Shown here piece after piece: positions 1 through 8,597 of a stretch of 64,000 bases of DNA. Within the stretch, counting starts at the first letter, position 1, and every line of letters begins with the position of its first letter. The notes beneath the pieces are model-generated. The model was not told the origin of the DNA, ran no database searches, and worked only from the letters and a program-made list of their open reading frames with translations. Source of the DNA: Nannocystales bacterium (GTDB lineage: Bacteria > Myxococcota_A > Polyangia > Nannocystales > Nannocystaceae); assembly GCA_050633305.1 (NCBI GenBank), contig JBOEGF010000011.1:95312-159311 (forward strand). The letters run 5' to 3'. The translations under genes were made by a program, and so were the position numbers.

Positions 1-409
1 TCCGTAGGAGCGCTCGAGTTCCTCAAGCGTCCGGTCCCGAGCTTCGATGGCTTGCGCGGTCTGTGCACGAGACGGCACGGCGTCCGTGTCCATGTGCTCG
101 CCTCCCAGCTCGACCTCCAGGGCGAGCGCCGGCCGATGCCCTGCGACTTGCATCGTGTCCCGCTACGGAGCTTCGCGGACGATGCGGGCGCGTCCGTTGA
201 CCCGCAGTGTGTCGTTCCGGCCCGGGATCAGAAACAGCAGGCCGACCCCGGGGTTGCTCAGCACGTTGAGCAGGCTGTCCGCCCATCGATTCCCAGGGCG
301 CTCTGGGATCGCGAGGTTGTCGGACTGAGCACCTTCACGCACCGGCTGGATCGCCCTTGGGGGAGACATCGCGTCGGCCTGCGGAGTCGGATGTGGCAAC
401 GAGCACGAA
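1..409 (-). pseudogene. Degraded pyridoxamine 5'-phosphate oxidase-like (PPOX, MSMEG_1061-type) flavoprotein
   Basis: Family motifs are spread over three minus frames: FVLVATSDSAGRRDVSPKGDPAG, then VKVLSPTT, then LAIPERPGNRWADSLLNVLSNPGVGLLFLIPGRNDTLRVNGRARIV. An in-frame TAG at 163-165 is followed by RDTMQVAGHRPALALEVE. Confidence 0.7.
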
Positions 410-469
410 CCGTCTTGAACGTACGTGCTGCGGTCCATACTTCGGGATTAACACGGGGAGCCATGGTGT

Positions 470-1435
470 TCATGGCGCCGGTTGGGTGCCGCACAGACCG
501 AGGTCCTCGTGGCCCGGCGTTGCCTGGCCATCGGCGAAGTAGGGCAGGCAGGTCGTTGGCTCAGGGCACATCGGTGCTGAGAGGTCGCAGTAGGGCGTGC
601 AGCAGAGAGAAGCCTCCGGCGCGCAGGCTCCGACCGTACTCCCCTCGGCACAAACCAAACCTGGGTTGCACGCGTTGAGGAACTCGCAGGTCTCGAACGC
701 CGCGCCCGCGTTTCCAGACGCGTCGGGAAGACAGCCGAACGCGGTGCCGATTCTCCCGCAGCTCTGCCCGTCCCCACAGGAACCCACGTCAAGAGGGTCA
801 CAGCCAAGCCGACACAGTGCCATGAGCCCATTGCTGCTCACGGTGCAGAGCCGGGCTGGGTCCTCACACGAAAGGTCGTCCGGGGTTCCGACGCAGTAGG
901 GAATGCACACGCCTTCGTCGGCTTGGGTGTCGGCGACCCTGCAGATCGAGCCGAGGTCACAAGAGTCGATGCCCGAGACACCGCTGCCCTTGACCGTGCA
1001 GGGCTCACCAACCCCGTCCGGCTGAGGGTCGATCGGGAAGCACTTGGAGGCGTTCCACTGCGAGCTTCCGTCGTTTGCCCATGCGTTGCACTTCTCGCCG
1101 CGAGGGCAGTCTTGTTCGGTGATCGAGCACTCCTCGGGCTCGTGCGGGCCACCGTCGGGGTCACAGATGAAGCCGCCGCAGCCGCTCGGGTTGCCGTTGG
1201 TCTCGTCGGCACTCGTACCGAGGGCGCCGCCGGTACTGTTGCTGCTTGTCGGGTCCTCGCCGGACGAAGCGTCGGCGGAGGGGAGGATGCCGGTTGTCGT
1301 CGAGCTCGTGGGGCTCGACTCGCCGGAGGATGCATCATCGCCAAACTCGGTAATCGAGAAACACCCTGGCAGGCTCACGGCGAGGCCGAGGAGGAGCGAC
1401 GTTCTCTTGTCGACGGAGCCGCTTCTCGTACTCAT
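470..1435 (-). CDS. Cys-rich lipoprotein, myxobacterial paralog family (copy 1)
   Basis: Lipobox-like SLPGC, Ser/Thr linker, then ECSITEQDCPRGEKCNAWANDG...WNASKC and further Cys-rich modules. The ATG at 1435 is preferred over 1543. Confidence 0.8.
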   Translation of the reverse strand: MSTRSGSVDKRTSLLLGLAVSLPGCFSITEFGDDASSGESSPTSSTTTGILPSADASSGEDPTSSNSTGGALGTSADETNGNPSGCGGFICDPDGGPHEPEECSITEQDCPRGEKCNAWANDGSSQWNASKCFPIDPQPDGVGEPCTVKGSGVSGIDSCDLGSICRVADTQADEGVCIPYCVGTPDDLSCEDPARLCTVSSNGLMALCRLGCDPLDVGSCGDGQSCGRIGTAFGCLPDASGNAGAAFETCEFLNACNPGLVCAEGSTVGACAPEASLCCTPYCDLSAPMCPEPTTCLPYFADGQATPGHEDLGLCGTQPAP

Positions 1436-1691
1436 GAGCCTTCCTCTTCCAGTCCGCAGGAGCCGAGCGTTTCCAGCCCTTTCGGTGCCGCGCCCGAGGA
1501 TGAGCAGGGCCCCAACTCGGGGTGGGTTTGGTTGTCCCTGCATGCTCCCAGGATAGCGATAGAATTGATGTTTTGGTAGTTATGGTTGCTTTCTTTGAGC
1601 GTCACGGGCGCCGTCGAACAGCTCAACGTGGACGGCCGCAGCATCCCTGGTGGGGCTCTGGGGGCTCGCAGAGCGGACGTGCGACCGGGTC

Positions 1692-2561
1692 TCACGTTTG
1701 CGAAGGGAGCCGAGCTTCGACCGCGGCATCCACCAACTCGCGTAACCGGTCAAGGAGCCGATCGTCGAGCTGTTCCTTCGTCAGCTCGTTTCCTGCCGTC
1801 TTCCGAAGTCGAAGCAGCGCGCTCGCTTGTCGCGACTCGAGCTCGATCAACAGCTCTTTGCTTTCGGTCTCCAACTCTTTCATCCGACGGTGGTGTGCCG
1901 CCTGAGCTTCCGTTGCTTCGAGTTGTGCCGCGGTTGTGCGTTTCGTGATCGCCAAGATGCCCTTCGCATCAAGGATGTTGTTCTTGTCGAGCTGCTCGAT
2001 GGGCGTCTGCTCGAACCTGTCGATCGCAAGTGTATCGAGGGTGTAGCCGCCGAGCTCTTCGCCGATCTGCTCGCGCACCGCGAGGGTGAGCTCATCGCGT
2101 CGCTCGTGGTGCTCGGCAAAGGTCTTGCGCGTCGCGATGGACTCGAGCGCCTGGGAGAACTTGGCTGCGAACAGTCCTTCGAGGGTTCTTTGTTGCGTGG
2201 CTCGCTCTGCTCCCACCGACTGTGCGACCCGCAGGACGTCCTCCAAGGTCTTGTTCACCCGCAAGCTGAACGTCGCACGAAGGTTGGCCCGGATCCCGTC
2301 TTTGCAGATCAGGCCTTGGGATCCAGTGCGCTCGATGACCAAGCTCGCGGCGCTGATATCCATGACTTCGGACTTGTGAATGACCGGGACCGCCAAGCCT
2401 CCCGTGAAGAACACCGAGACCTCCGCCATCTTGTTGACGATCAGCGCCTGGCCGCTGGGAACCTTGATGTACATCCGACCGTAGAGCGCACCGACTCCGA
2501 GTGCGAGCGCCAGGATCGTGGCCATGGTCACGAGGAGGGGGATCAATGTCTCAAGCACCAT
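1692..2561 (-). CDS. SPFH/flotillin (YqiK-like) membrane protein, short form
   Basis: N-terminal TM, then KVPSGQALIV...GLICKDGIRA...FAAKFSQAL...EQTPIEQLDKNNILDAKG, typical of bacterial flotillin N-domains. The coiled-coil tail is short. Confidence 0.75.
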   Translation of the reverse strand: MVLETLIPLLVTMATILALALGVGALYGRMYIKVPSGQALIVNKMAEVSVFFTGGLAVPVIHKSEVMDISAASLVIERTGSQGLICKDGIRANLRATFSLRVNKTLEDVLRVAQSVGAERATQQRTLEGLFAAKFSQALESIATRKTFAEHHERRDELTLAVREQIGEELGGYTLDTLAIDRFEQTPIEQLDKNNILDAKGILAITKRTTAAQLEATEAQAAHHRRMKELETESKELLIELESRQASALLRLRKTAGNELTKEQLDDRLLDRLRELVDAAVEARLPSQT

Positions 2562-2678
2562 GCGCTGCCCACTATCGCAGGCGGGCCCGGACCTCGGCCA
2601 CGTCGGCGTGTCCGTAGGGACATGGGGCTCGTTCGTTGGCACGGGTTCTGCCGACCTGGTCCGGGCGATGCGGCCGGG

Positions 2679-3272
2679 TCATGGAAGGCACAGGGCGAGG
2701 ACGCCGCCAGTCGCGACGTGACAGCGTCTGTCCGGGTCTTCGCACGTGAGTGTGTGATGCGGCCCGGCGCAATAGGACACGCAGGTTCCCTCGAGCGTGC
2801 GTCCGTCGACGAACCAGCAGATCGATCCGAGGTCGCAGGAATCGACACCCGAGATGCCACTGCCCTCGACACTGCATCGCGCGTCGACGTCGTCCGGATC
2901 CTCCACGACGGGAAAGCACTTCGCTGCGTTCCAGGCCGAGCCGCCGTCATCCGCCCACGCATTGCATTTCTCGCCCCGCGGACAGTCTTGCTCGAGCGTC
3001 GAGCACTCGATGCCAGGGCCCCCACCGTCGGGCGCGACGATGAACCCCGGCCCATCGGGGTCATCGGCAGTGCTGGAGTCGCCAGATACCGCCGCTTCAC
3101 GTGAGGTGCTGGCGTCAGTGGTCGAAAGGGGGGCGGTGGTATCGCCGGAGGTCCCTTGCAGTGCGGTCGTCGCGGTGACCTCTGGATTTGTCTCATCGCC
3201 GGAGGTTCCCACGACGGGTACCGGGGCCCCGGAACATGCGGCAAGGAGCAGGGGGGCGACGATTCGCCTCAC
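2679..3272 (-). CDS. Cys-rich lipoprotein (copy 2), C-terminally truncated
   Basis: LLLAAC lipobox and ECSTLEQDCPRGEKCNAWADDGGSAWNAAKC. It stops at LALCLP* where the paralogs continue with CDPL and about 100 more residues. The GTG start overlaps the stop of copy 3 (GTGA). Confidence 0.7.
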   Translation of the reverse strand: MRRIVAPLLLAACSGAPVPVVGTSGDETNPEVTATTALQGTSGDTTAPLSTTDASTSREAAVSGDSSTADDPDGPGFIVAPDGGGPGIECSTLEQDCPRGEKCNAWADDGGSAWNAAKCFPVVEDPDDVDARCSVEGSGISGVDSCDLGSICWFVDGRTLEGTCVSYCAGPHHTLTCEDPDRRCHVATGGVLALCLP

Positions 3273-4228
3273 CGCGGATCCTGTCCGCAAACCCCGACAT
3301 CCTCATACCCCGGAGGGACCATGCCCTCGGGGAAGGCCGAGATGCACTGTGTCCCCTCAAGGCAGGTGGGGTCTTTGAGATCGCAAAACGGTGTGCAACA
3401 GGTCTCGGCCCCCTCGTCGCAGAGGCCGACGACAGCAGCGTCGGTGCAGGCCAGTCCTGGGTCGCAGGCGTTCGGGAAGGTGCAGGTCTCGAACGCCGCA
3501 CCGGCGTCCTGTGAATCGTCTGGTGCACACTCTAGCGTGTCGTCGAGCAGGTAGCAGCCCTCGCCATCGACGCAGTTTTGAAGCAGCGGATCGCAGGTGG
3601 AAAGGCATAGAAAGACCAGGTTGCCTGCGGCGCAGGTCAGTCCGTCCTCGCAGACCGGGGCATTCTCGGAACCGGTACAGAATGAGACGCACGTGCCTTC
3701 GAGGGTGCGGGAGTCGACATCCCAACAGATCGAACCGAGTGCACAGGAATCGAGTCCGGATACGGGGGAGCTCTCGACCGTGCACGGAGCTCCGGGGATG
3801 TCGGGAGCCCGGTCGACCGGGACGCAGCGGGTGGCGTTCCACATGCTGCCGCCGTCATTTGCCCAGATGTTGCACTTCTCGCCCGGAGGACATGCTTGCT
3901 CGAACACAGAGCATTCAATGTCCACGCCACCGTCGGGGTCGATGAGAAATGTGTTGCCGGTGGGCTCGTCCGTTGAACTCGACGCGGCCCCTGTCGATGT
4001 GGTCGAGGTCAACTCGACTCCAGAGGTTTGCGTGGTGCCCGGAAGCTGTCCTGTCCCCGGTTGTGCACTCGTCGTACTGCTGCTGCCAGGGTTCGCGTCG
4101 CTGGTGGCTTCGCTACTCTGAGAGTCAACGAGCGAGCTGCAGCCACCGAGGAAACAGCCGATGAAGAGCGCGAGCGGCCGTCGGTGATCGGAGACGCGGG
4201 TTCTCGAGCGGACGTCCAATAGCCTCAT
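3269..4228 (-). CDS. Cys-rich lipoprotein (copy 3)
   Basis: FLGGC lipobox and ECSVFEQACPPGEKCNIWANDGGSMWNATRC. Collinear with copy 1 through to GYEDVGVCG. Confidence 0.8.
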   Translation of the reverse strand: MRLLDVRSRTRVSDHRRPLALFIGCFLGGCSSLVDSQSSEATSDANPGSSSTTSAQPGTGQLPGTTQTSGVELTSTTSTGAASSSTDEPTGNTFLIDPDGGVDIECSVFEQACPPGEKCNIWANDGGSMWNATRCVPVDRAPDIPGAPCTVESSPVSGLDSCALGSICWDVDSRTLEGTCVSFCTGSENAPVCEDGLTCAAGNLVFLCLSTCDPLLQNCVDGEGCYLLDDTLECAPDDSQDAGAAFETCTFPNACDPGLACTDAAVVGLCDEGAETCCTPFCDLKDPTCLEGTQCISAFPEGMVPPGYEDVGVCGQDPR

Positions 4229-4279
4229 ATCAACACAGAATATTCGATATGATCGAAATAATCATTAGTTTTGTCTGTT

Positions 4280-7200
4280 TTAGTGGAAGCTGCGGACTGT
4301 TGTCCCCTGGCTCTCGAACTTCAGATCCGGGTCCCACAGCTGCTCGGCGACCAAGTGCACGACCCCGTCCTGCGACTGCACACGTCCGGTCACGCCGAGC
4401 AGCACCGCGGTCTTGGCCAGCACCGCGTGGGCCTCGAAGACCTGCTTCCACACCACGACGTTGACGGTGCCGGTTTCGTCCTCGAGCGTATAGAACGTGA
4501 CGCCGGCGGCAGACCCGGGGCGTTGACGGCAGATAACCATGCCGACGTACTGGGTTTTGCGGCCACCACGAAGCGCATTGACCCCATCGGCGGTGGGCAA
4601 GCGACGCCGCCGTAGCTGGGGACGAATGCATTCGATCGGGTGTCCACGCACGCTGTGCATGCTGGTGCGGTAGTCCCAAAGAATGGCCTCGCTTCGGCTG
4701 AGTTGGGCGAACAAGGGTCCGTTGTCGCTCTCCTCGTCTTGGTGAGGAACGGTCTCACCGGGCAAGCCCAAGGTGTCGCCCAGCTTGGCAACCAAGCCGC
4801 GCAGGGACCAGATCGCATCGCGTCGCTCGATGCCCAGGGAGCTGAATGCGCCGGACTCGGCCAACGTGTGCAGAGGTTTTTGGCCCAACCGTGTACGTCG
4901 GACAAAGTCTTCGGCTCCGACGAACGGACCTTGTTCGAGCGCAGCCTCGACTTTGGCCCGCTGCCGCTCGCCAAAACCCTGCACGTACCGAAAGCCCATG
5001 CGGACCGCGAGGTCACCTTCGCCCCCGTCTTGGACCTGTCGCTCGAGGGTGCAGTCCCATTGGCTGGCCATCACGTCGACCGGGAGCACGGTGACGCCAT
5101 GATGTTTGGCGTCTTCGACGATGCTGCCAGGGCTGTAGAAACCCATCGGTTGGGCGTTGAGCAGGCCACACGAGAACGCCGCATGATGATGGCACCGCAG
5201 CCAGCAGGTGACATAGGCGATGAGTGCAAACGAAGCAGCGTGGCTCTCGGGAAAGCCGTACTCCCCGAACCCGCGGATCTGCGAGTAGACCCGCTCGGCG
5301 AACTCTTGTGGGATGCCATTGGCGATCATGCGACTGATGAGTCGTTCGCGGTGCTGCTCGATGCGACCGCTACTCCGCCATGCCGCCATGTCGCGCCGCA
5401 ATTGGTCCGCTTCACCGGGGGTGTAGTCGGCGACGAGTACGGCCAGCTTCATGACTTGCTCTTGAAAGATCGGGATGCCCAACGTTTTGCCCAGCGCCTC
5501 CTTGAGGGCAGGGTGGGGGAACTCGACCTTCTCTTTGCCGGTACGCCGCCGTAGGTAGGGGTGCACCATGTCGCCTTGAATCGGCCCGGGCCGAACGATG
5601 GCGACCTCGATGACCAGATCGTAGAAGGTGCGTGGTTGCAGCCGCGGAAGCATGGCCATCTGGGCGCGGCTTTCGATCTGAAACGTGCCCAGCGTGTCGC
5701 CGCGAGAGATCATGGCGTAGGTGACCGGGTCCTCGGCAGGCACGGTGGCCATGTCGAGGTCGAGCCCCTCGTGCTCGCGCAGTAGATCGAAGCAGCCGCG
5801 GATCATCGACAGCGCACCCAGGCCCAACAGGTCGACCTTGAACAGGCCCAGGTCTTCGACGTCGTACTTGTCCCACTGGATGACGGTGCGGTCTTCCATG
5901 GTCGCGGGCTCGATCGGCACCAGTGTGTCGACTGGCGCATGTCCGAGTAGGAAACCTCCAGGGTGGATCGACAGGTGCCGCGGAAAATCGGCGAGCTCGC
6001 GACAGCGCTGCAGGAGGTGCACGTGTTGTGGCGCGGCGGGATCGAGGCCGGCGTGTTCGAGCAGGTCGGCACCGAAGCCGGTGTCGTAGTGCGTGAGCAT
6101 CTTGGCGACCCTATCGAGCGCGGTCTGTGGAATCCCCAGTGCTTTGCCGACGTCCCTCACGGCCGAGCGAGCCCGGTAGCGAATGAAGTTGGCGACCATC
6201 GCAGCGTGGCGCCGTCCGTAGCGCTCGTAGACCCACTGAATGACCTCTTCGCGACGCTGGTGCTCAATGTCGAGGTCGATGTCGGGGGGCTCGGCGCGCT
6301 CGAGGCTGAGGAAGCGCTCGAACAGCAGCCCCATACGCACCGGGTCGATGGCAGTAATGCCCAGGCAGTAGCAGACCGCGCTGTTGGCCGCGCTGCCGCG
6401 TCCTTGGCAGAGGATCCTCTGCTGACGGCAGAACTGGACAATCTCCCACATCGTCAGGAAGTAGCCGCCGTAGTCGAGCTGATCGATGAGCCCCAGCTCC
6501 TTGTCGAGTTGGGCCCTCACGTCCTGAGGGATTGCACCGTGGTAGCGGACCTTCGCGCCCTCGTAGGTCTTCTCGCGCAGCCACTGTGCGGCGCTCATGC
6601 CTGCGGGCATCCACTCCGCCGGGTAGACGTAGCGGATCTGGCTCAGCGAGAAGTCGCAGCGTTGCGCGACTTCAAGGGTGCGATGCAGCGCGGGCAGATC
6701 GTCGGAGAACAAGTCCTCCATCTGCGCGAGGGTCTTGAGGTCGTGCTCGGCGTTGCCGCGGATCAGATCGCCGGCGGTGGCGAGCGTGCGTCCGTGACGA
6801 ATGCACGAGAGCACGTCCTGCAGCGGCCGCCTCGAGACGCTGTGATACAGGACCTCGACAGATGCCACCCGTGGCACAGCCAAACGGGATGCAGCTCGCC
6901 GCAGGGTGTCCTCGTCCCCCAGCTCGCTGCTGTGGCGATGCCGAGCGCACAAGGCGTAGAGCCTGTCGCCGAAGGCCTCGTACAGGGGTTCGAGAAGATC
7001 CCCGTGGGGACAGAGCACCAGAAGGTCCTCGGGGGCGCACAGAAGCTCATCGAGGTGCGTGATCGAGGTGCCTTTCTCGCAGCGAGCTCGACCGGCCGAC
7101 ACCAAGGTGCAGGCGTTGGCATATCCGCGTTGGCTCGTCGGGAGGACCACGACCGACTGCGCGATCTCGGGCGCATCGCCCACGCTCAGCTGGGTGCCGA

Positions 7201-7390
7201 GAATGAGTCGTTGCCCCAGCTCCTTGGCCTTCATGTGGGCCCGGACACCGCCGTAGAAACCGTCTCGATCGGTCAGGGCGAGCGCTGGGAGTCCCAAGGT
7301 GTGTGCCTGCTCGACCAGCTCAGCCGGGTGCGAGCCACCCTCGAGAAACGAGTAGTTGCTCTTCACCCAAAGGGGTACATACGCGTCCAT
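4280..7390 (-). CDS. dnaE2: Error-prone DNA polymerase DnaE2 (ImuC)
   Basis: SNYSFLEGGSHPAEL PHP start, CQGRGSAANSAVCY, EPPDIDLD, RHLSIHPGG, GFGEYGFPESHAASFA, OB-fold, and C-terminal RSFH (DnaE2 SRDF(R/H)-like motif). Confidence 0.97.
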   Translation of the reverse strand: MDAYVPLWVKSNYSFLEGGSHPAELVEQAHTLGLPALALTDRDGFYGGVRAHMKAKELGQRLILGTQLSVGDAPEIAQSVVVLPTSQRGYANACTLVSAGRARCEKGTSITHLDELLCAPEDLLVLCPHGDLLEPLYEAFGDRLYALCARHRHSSELGDEDTLRRAASRLAVPRVASVEVLYHSVSRRPLQDVLSCIRHGRTLATAGDLIRGNAEHDLKTLAQMEDLFSDDLPALHRTLEVAQRCDFSLSQIRYVYPAEWMPAGMSAAQWLREKTYEGAKVRYHGAIPQDVRAQLDKELGLIDQLDYGGYFLTMWEIVQFCRQQRILCQGRGSAANSAVCYCLGITAIDPVRMGLLFERFLSLERAEPPDIDLDIEHQRREEVIQWVYERYGRRHAAMVANFIRYRARSAVRDVGKALGIPQTALDRVAKMLTHYDTGFGADLLEHAGLDPAAPQHVHLLQRCRELADFPRHLSIHPGGFLLGHAPVDTLVPIEPATMEDRTVIQWDKYDVEDLGLFKVDLLGLGALSMIRGCFDLLREHEGLDLDMATVPAEDPVTYAMISRGDTLGTFQIESRAQMAMLPRLQPRTFYDLVIEVAIVRPGPIQGDMVHPYLRRRTGKEKVEFPHPALKEALGKTLGIPIFQEQVMKLAVLVADYTPGEADQLRRDMAAWRSSGRIEQHRERLISRMIANGIPQEFAERVYSQIRGFGEYGFPESHAASFALIAYVTCWLRCHHHAAFSCGLLNAQPMGFYSPGSIVEDAKHHGVTVLPVDVMASQWDCTLERQVQDGGEGDLAVRMGFRYVQGFGERQRAKVEAALEQGPFVGAEDFVRRTRLGQKPLHTLAESGAFSSLGIERRDAIWSLRGLVAKLGDTLGLPGETVPHQDEESDNGPLFAQLSRSEAILWDYRTSMHSVRGHPIECIRPQLRRRRLPTADGVNALRGGRKTQYVGMVICRQRPGSAAGVTFYTLEDETGTVNVVVWKQVFEAHAVLAKTAVLLGVTGRVQSQDGVVHLVAEQLWDPDLKFESQGTTVRSFH

Positions 7391-7411
7391 CGTTGGGCCC
7401 TCGCAGGAGGG

Positions 7412-7427
7412 CTGAACATTGTATCAG
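7412..7427 (-). promoter_or_regulatory. Putative LexA/SOS box upstream of dnaE2
   Basis: Minus strand CTGATACAATGTTCAG (CTG-N10-CAG with a GTTCAG half-site), 21 bp before the ATG. It contains TACAAT, a -10-like hexamer. Confidence 0.7.
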
Positions 7428-7497
7428 TTGCGCTGGGTTCTGGGCAGGGGGTCTGCACGTCTTGTCAGGGCGTGATCGGTGGGCCATCCTTCCTGGG

Positions 7498-8010
7498 ATG
7501 CGTTTGTCCACCACGGCATGGTTTGCAGCCGGTTGCGGGCTTGCGCTCCTCTTTTTGGCGGCCGGGTTGGCAGTGGGGGCGGTGGGCAGCGATCCGGTGT
7601 TGGACGGGATACGGAGCTACGTCTCGTCGCCATCGTCCGAGCAGGCGAGCCTGCACTCGATGACGCCTGCAAGCGATCCTGCCTCAGAGCACACGGTCAT
7701 GCCGCCCGTGCCAGGCCCGTGGTCGGACATCTCTGCACAGCGGCCTCCCGAGCTACGGGAGAGCCCTCCGGTGGCGCCACCGCTTTCGTTTCGGAGTGCC
7801 GACGACGTCGAATGGAAGCCCGGCGAAGCCCGGCTTCCGCCGGTCGAAGCCGCGGAACACTGGAATCCCGACGACGCACGCATTCCCGTTGGCGCAGCTG
7901 TCGTTGCCACACGCGCATATTGGAATCCCAACAGCGCCGTTCTTCCACGACCAAGCCAAGTCACCGCGGCAACGTGGAACCCCGACGACGCACGCCTGCC
8001 TTCGAGTTAG
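7498..8010 (+). CDS. Membrane-anchored hypothetical protein with four W(N/K)PxxAx(L/I)P repeats
   Basis: Hydrophobic N-terminus and Pro/Ser linker, then WKPGEARLP, WNPDDARIP, WNPNSAVLP, WNPDDARLP. Confidence 0.6.
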   Translation: MRLSTTAWFAAGCGLALLFLAAGLAVGAVGSDPVLDGIRSYVSSPSSEQASLHSMTPASDPASEHTVMPPVPGPWSDISAQRPPELRESPPVAPPLSFRSADDVEWKPGEARLPPVEAAEHWNPDDARIPVGAAVVATRAYWNPNSAVLPRPSQVTAATWNPDDARLPSS

Positions 8011-8018
8011 TCGACCCG

Positions 8019-8054
8019 GCTCTCAACAGGGATCTCAACAGGGCTCTCGACCGG
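8019..8054. repeat. 12-bp-period tandem repeat between convergent genes
   Basis: GCTCTCAACAGG GATCTCAACAGG GCTCTCGACCGG. Confidence 0.6.
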
Positions 8055-8085
8055 TGACACCGTGGGCAGCGGGCTAGGGACGCCC

Positions 8086-8562
8086 CTAGTCCATCGCGGT
8101 GGAGTCTTCGTGAGTCCGTAGGGGGCTCGCAAGGTCGCGCTTGTAGAGTCGTCGTTCGCCGGCGACCGAGTAACCGAGCTTGCCGAAGAACGCGTGCCCG
8201 GTCTTGCGATGACGGGCGAATGCCGTCGCGACGTCATCGATGCCTCGACGCAGCGCCCAGTTGTGGAGGCGCTCGAGCAGCGCGCGGCCGGCTCCTGCTT
8301 CGCGGTGGGCCGAGGTCACGACCAGCACGTGCACATCGACCCGTGGAGGGCTTTGCAAACTGATGGCGGTCGAGGCGTGCAGTATGCCGACGGAACCGTG
8401 AGGGCGCTCTTGGGCGAGCAGGACGACATGGTCGGTCGTTCCAAGAACGCGCTCCAATCGACGACGCACAAGAGCCTCGTCACCGTCATGACCCAGTTGC
8501 AGGAGCATGCGGCAGATGTCGGGAGTGTCTTCGAGCTGAGCTTCGCGGACCTGGACCGGCAT
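8086..8562 (-). CDS. GNAT family N-acetyltransferase
   Basis: VREAQLED start, motif A LVVTSAHREAGAGRALL, and GHAFFGKLGY. Confidence 0.85.
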   Translation of the reverse strand: MPVQVREAQLEDTPDICRMLLQLGHDGDEALVRRRLERVLGTTDHVVLLAQERPHGSVGILHASTAISLQSPPRVDVHVLVVTSAHREAGAGRALLERLHNWALRRGIDDVATAFARHRKTGHAFFGKLGYSVAGERRLYKRDLASPLRTHEDSTAMD

Positions 8563-8597
8563 GAAGAGGGCGATGGTACGCGAAACCGCTTGGGGCG

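Noticed and set aside
163..165. In-frame TAG as pyrrolysine or programmed read-through
   Set aside because: The same gene has frameshifts and no intact 5' end, so decay is the simpler explanation.
5963..7663. 566-aa plus-strand ORF
   Set aside because: Antisense shadow of dnaE2.
7498..8010. WNPDDAR repeats as a multi-core RiPP precursor
   Set aside because: No radical SAM, P450, YcaO or other maturase nearby, and the N-terminus looks like a membrane anchor.
8019..8054. Short repeats as a CRISPR remnant or iterons
   Set aside because: Only three contiguous 12-bp units, with no spacers and no cas or rep gene.
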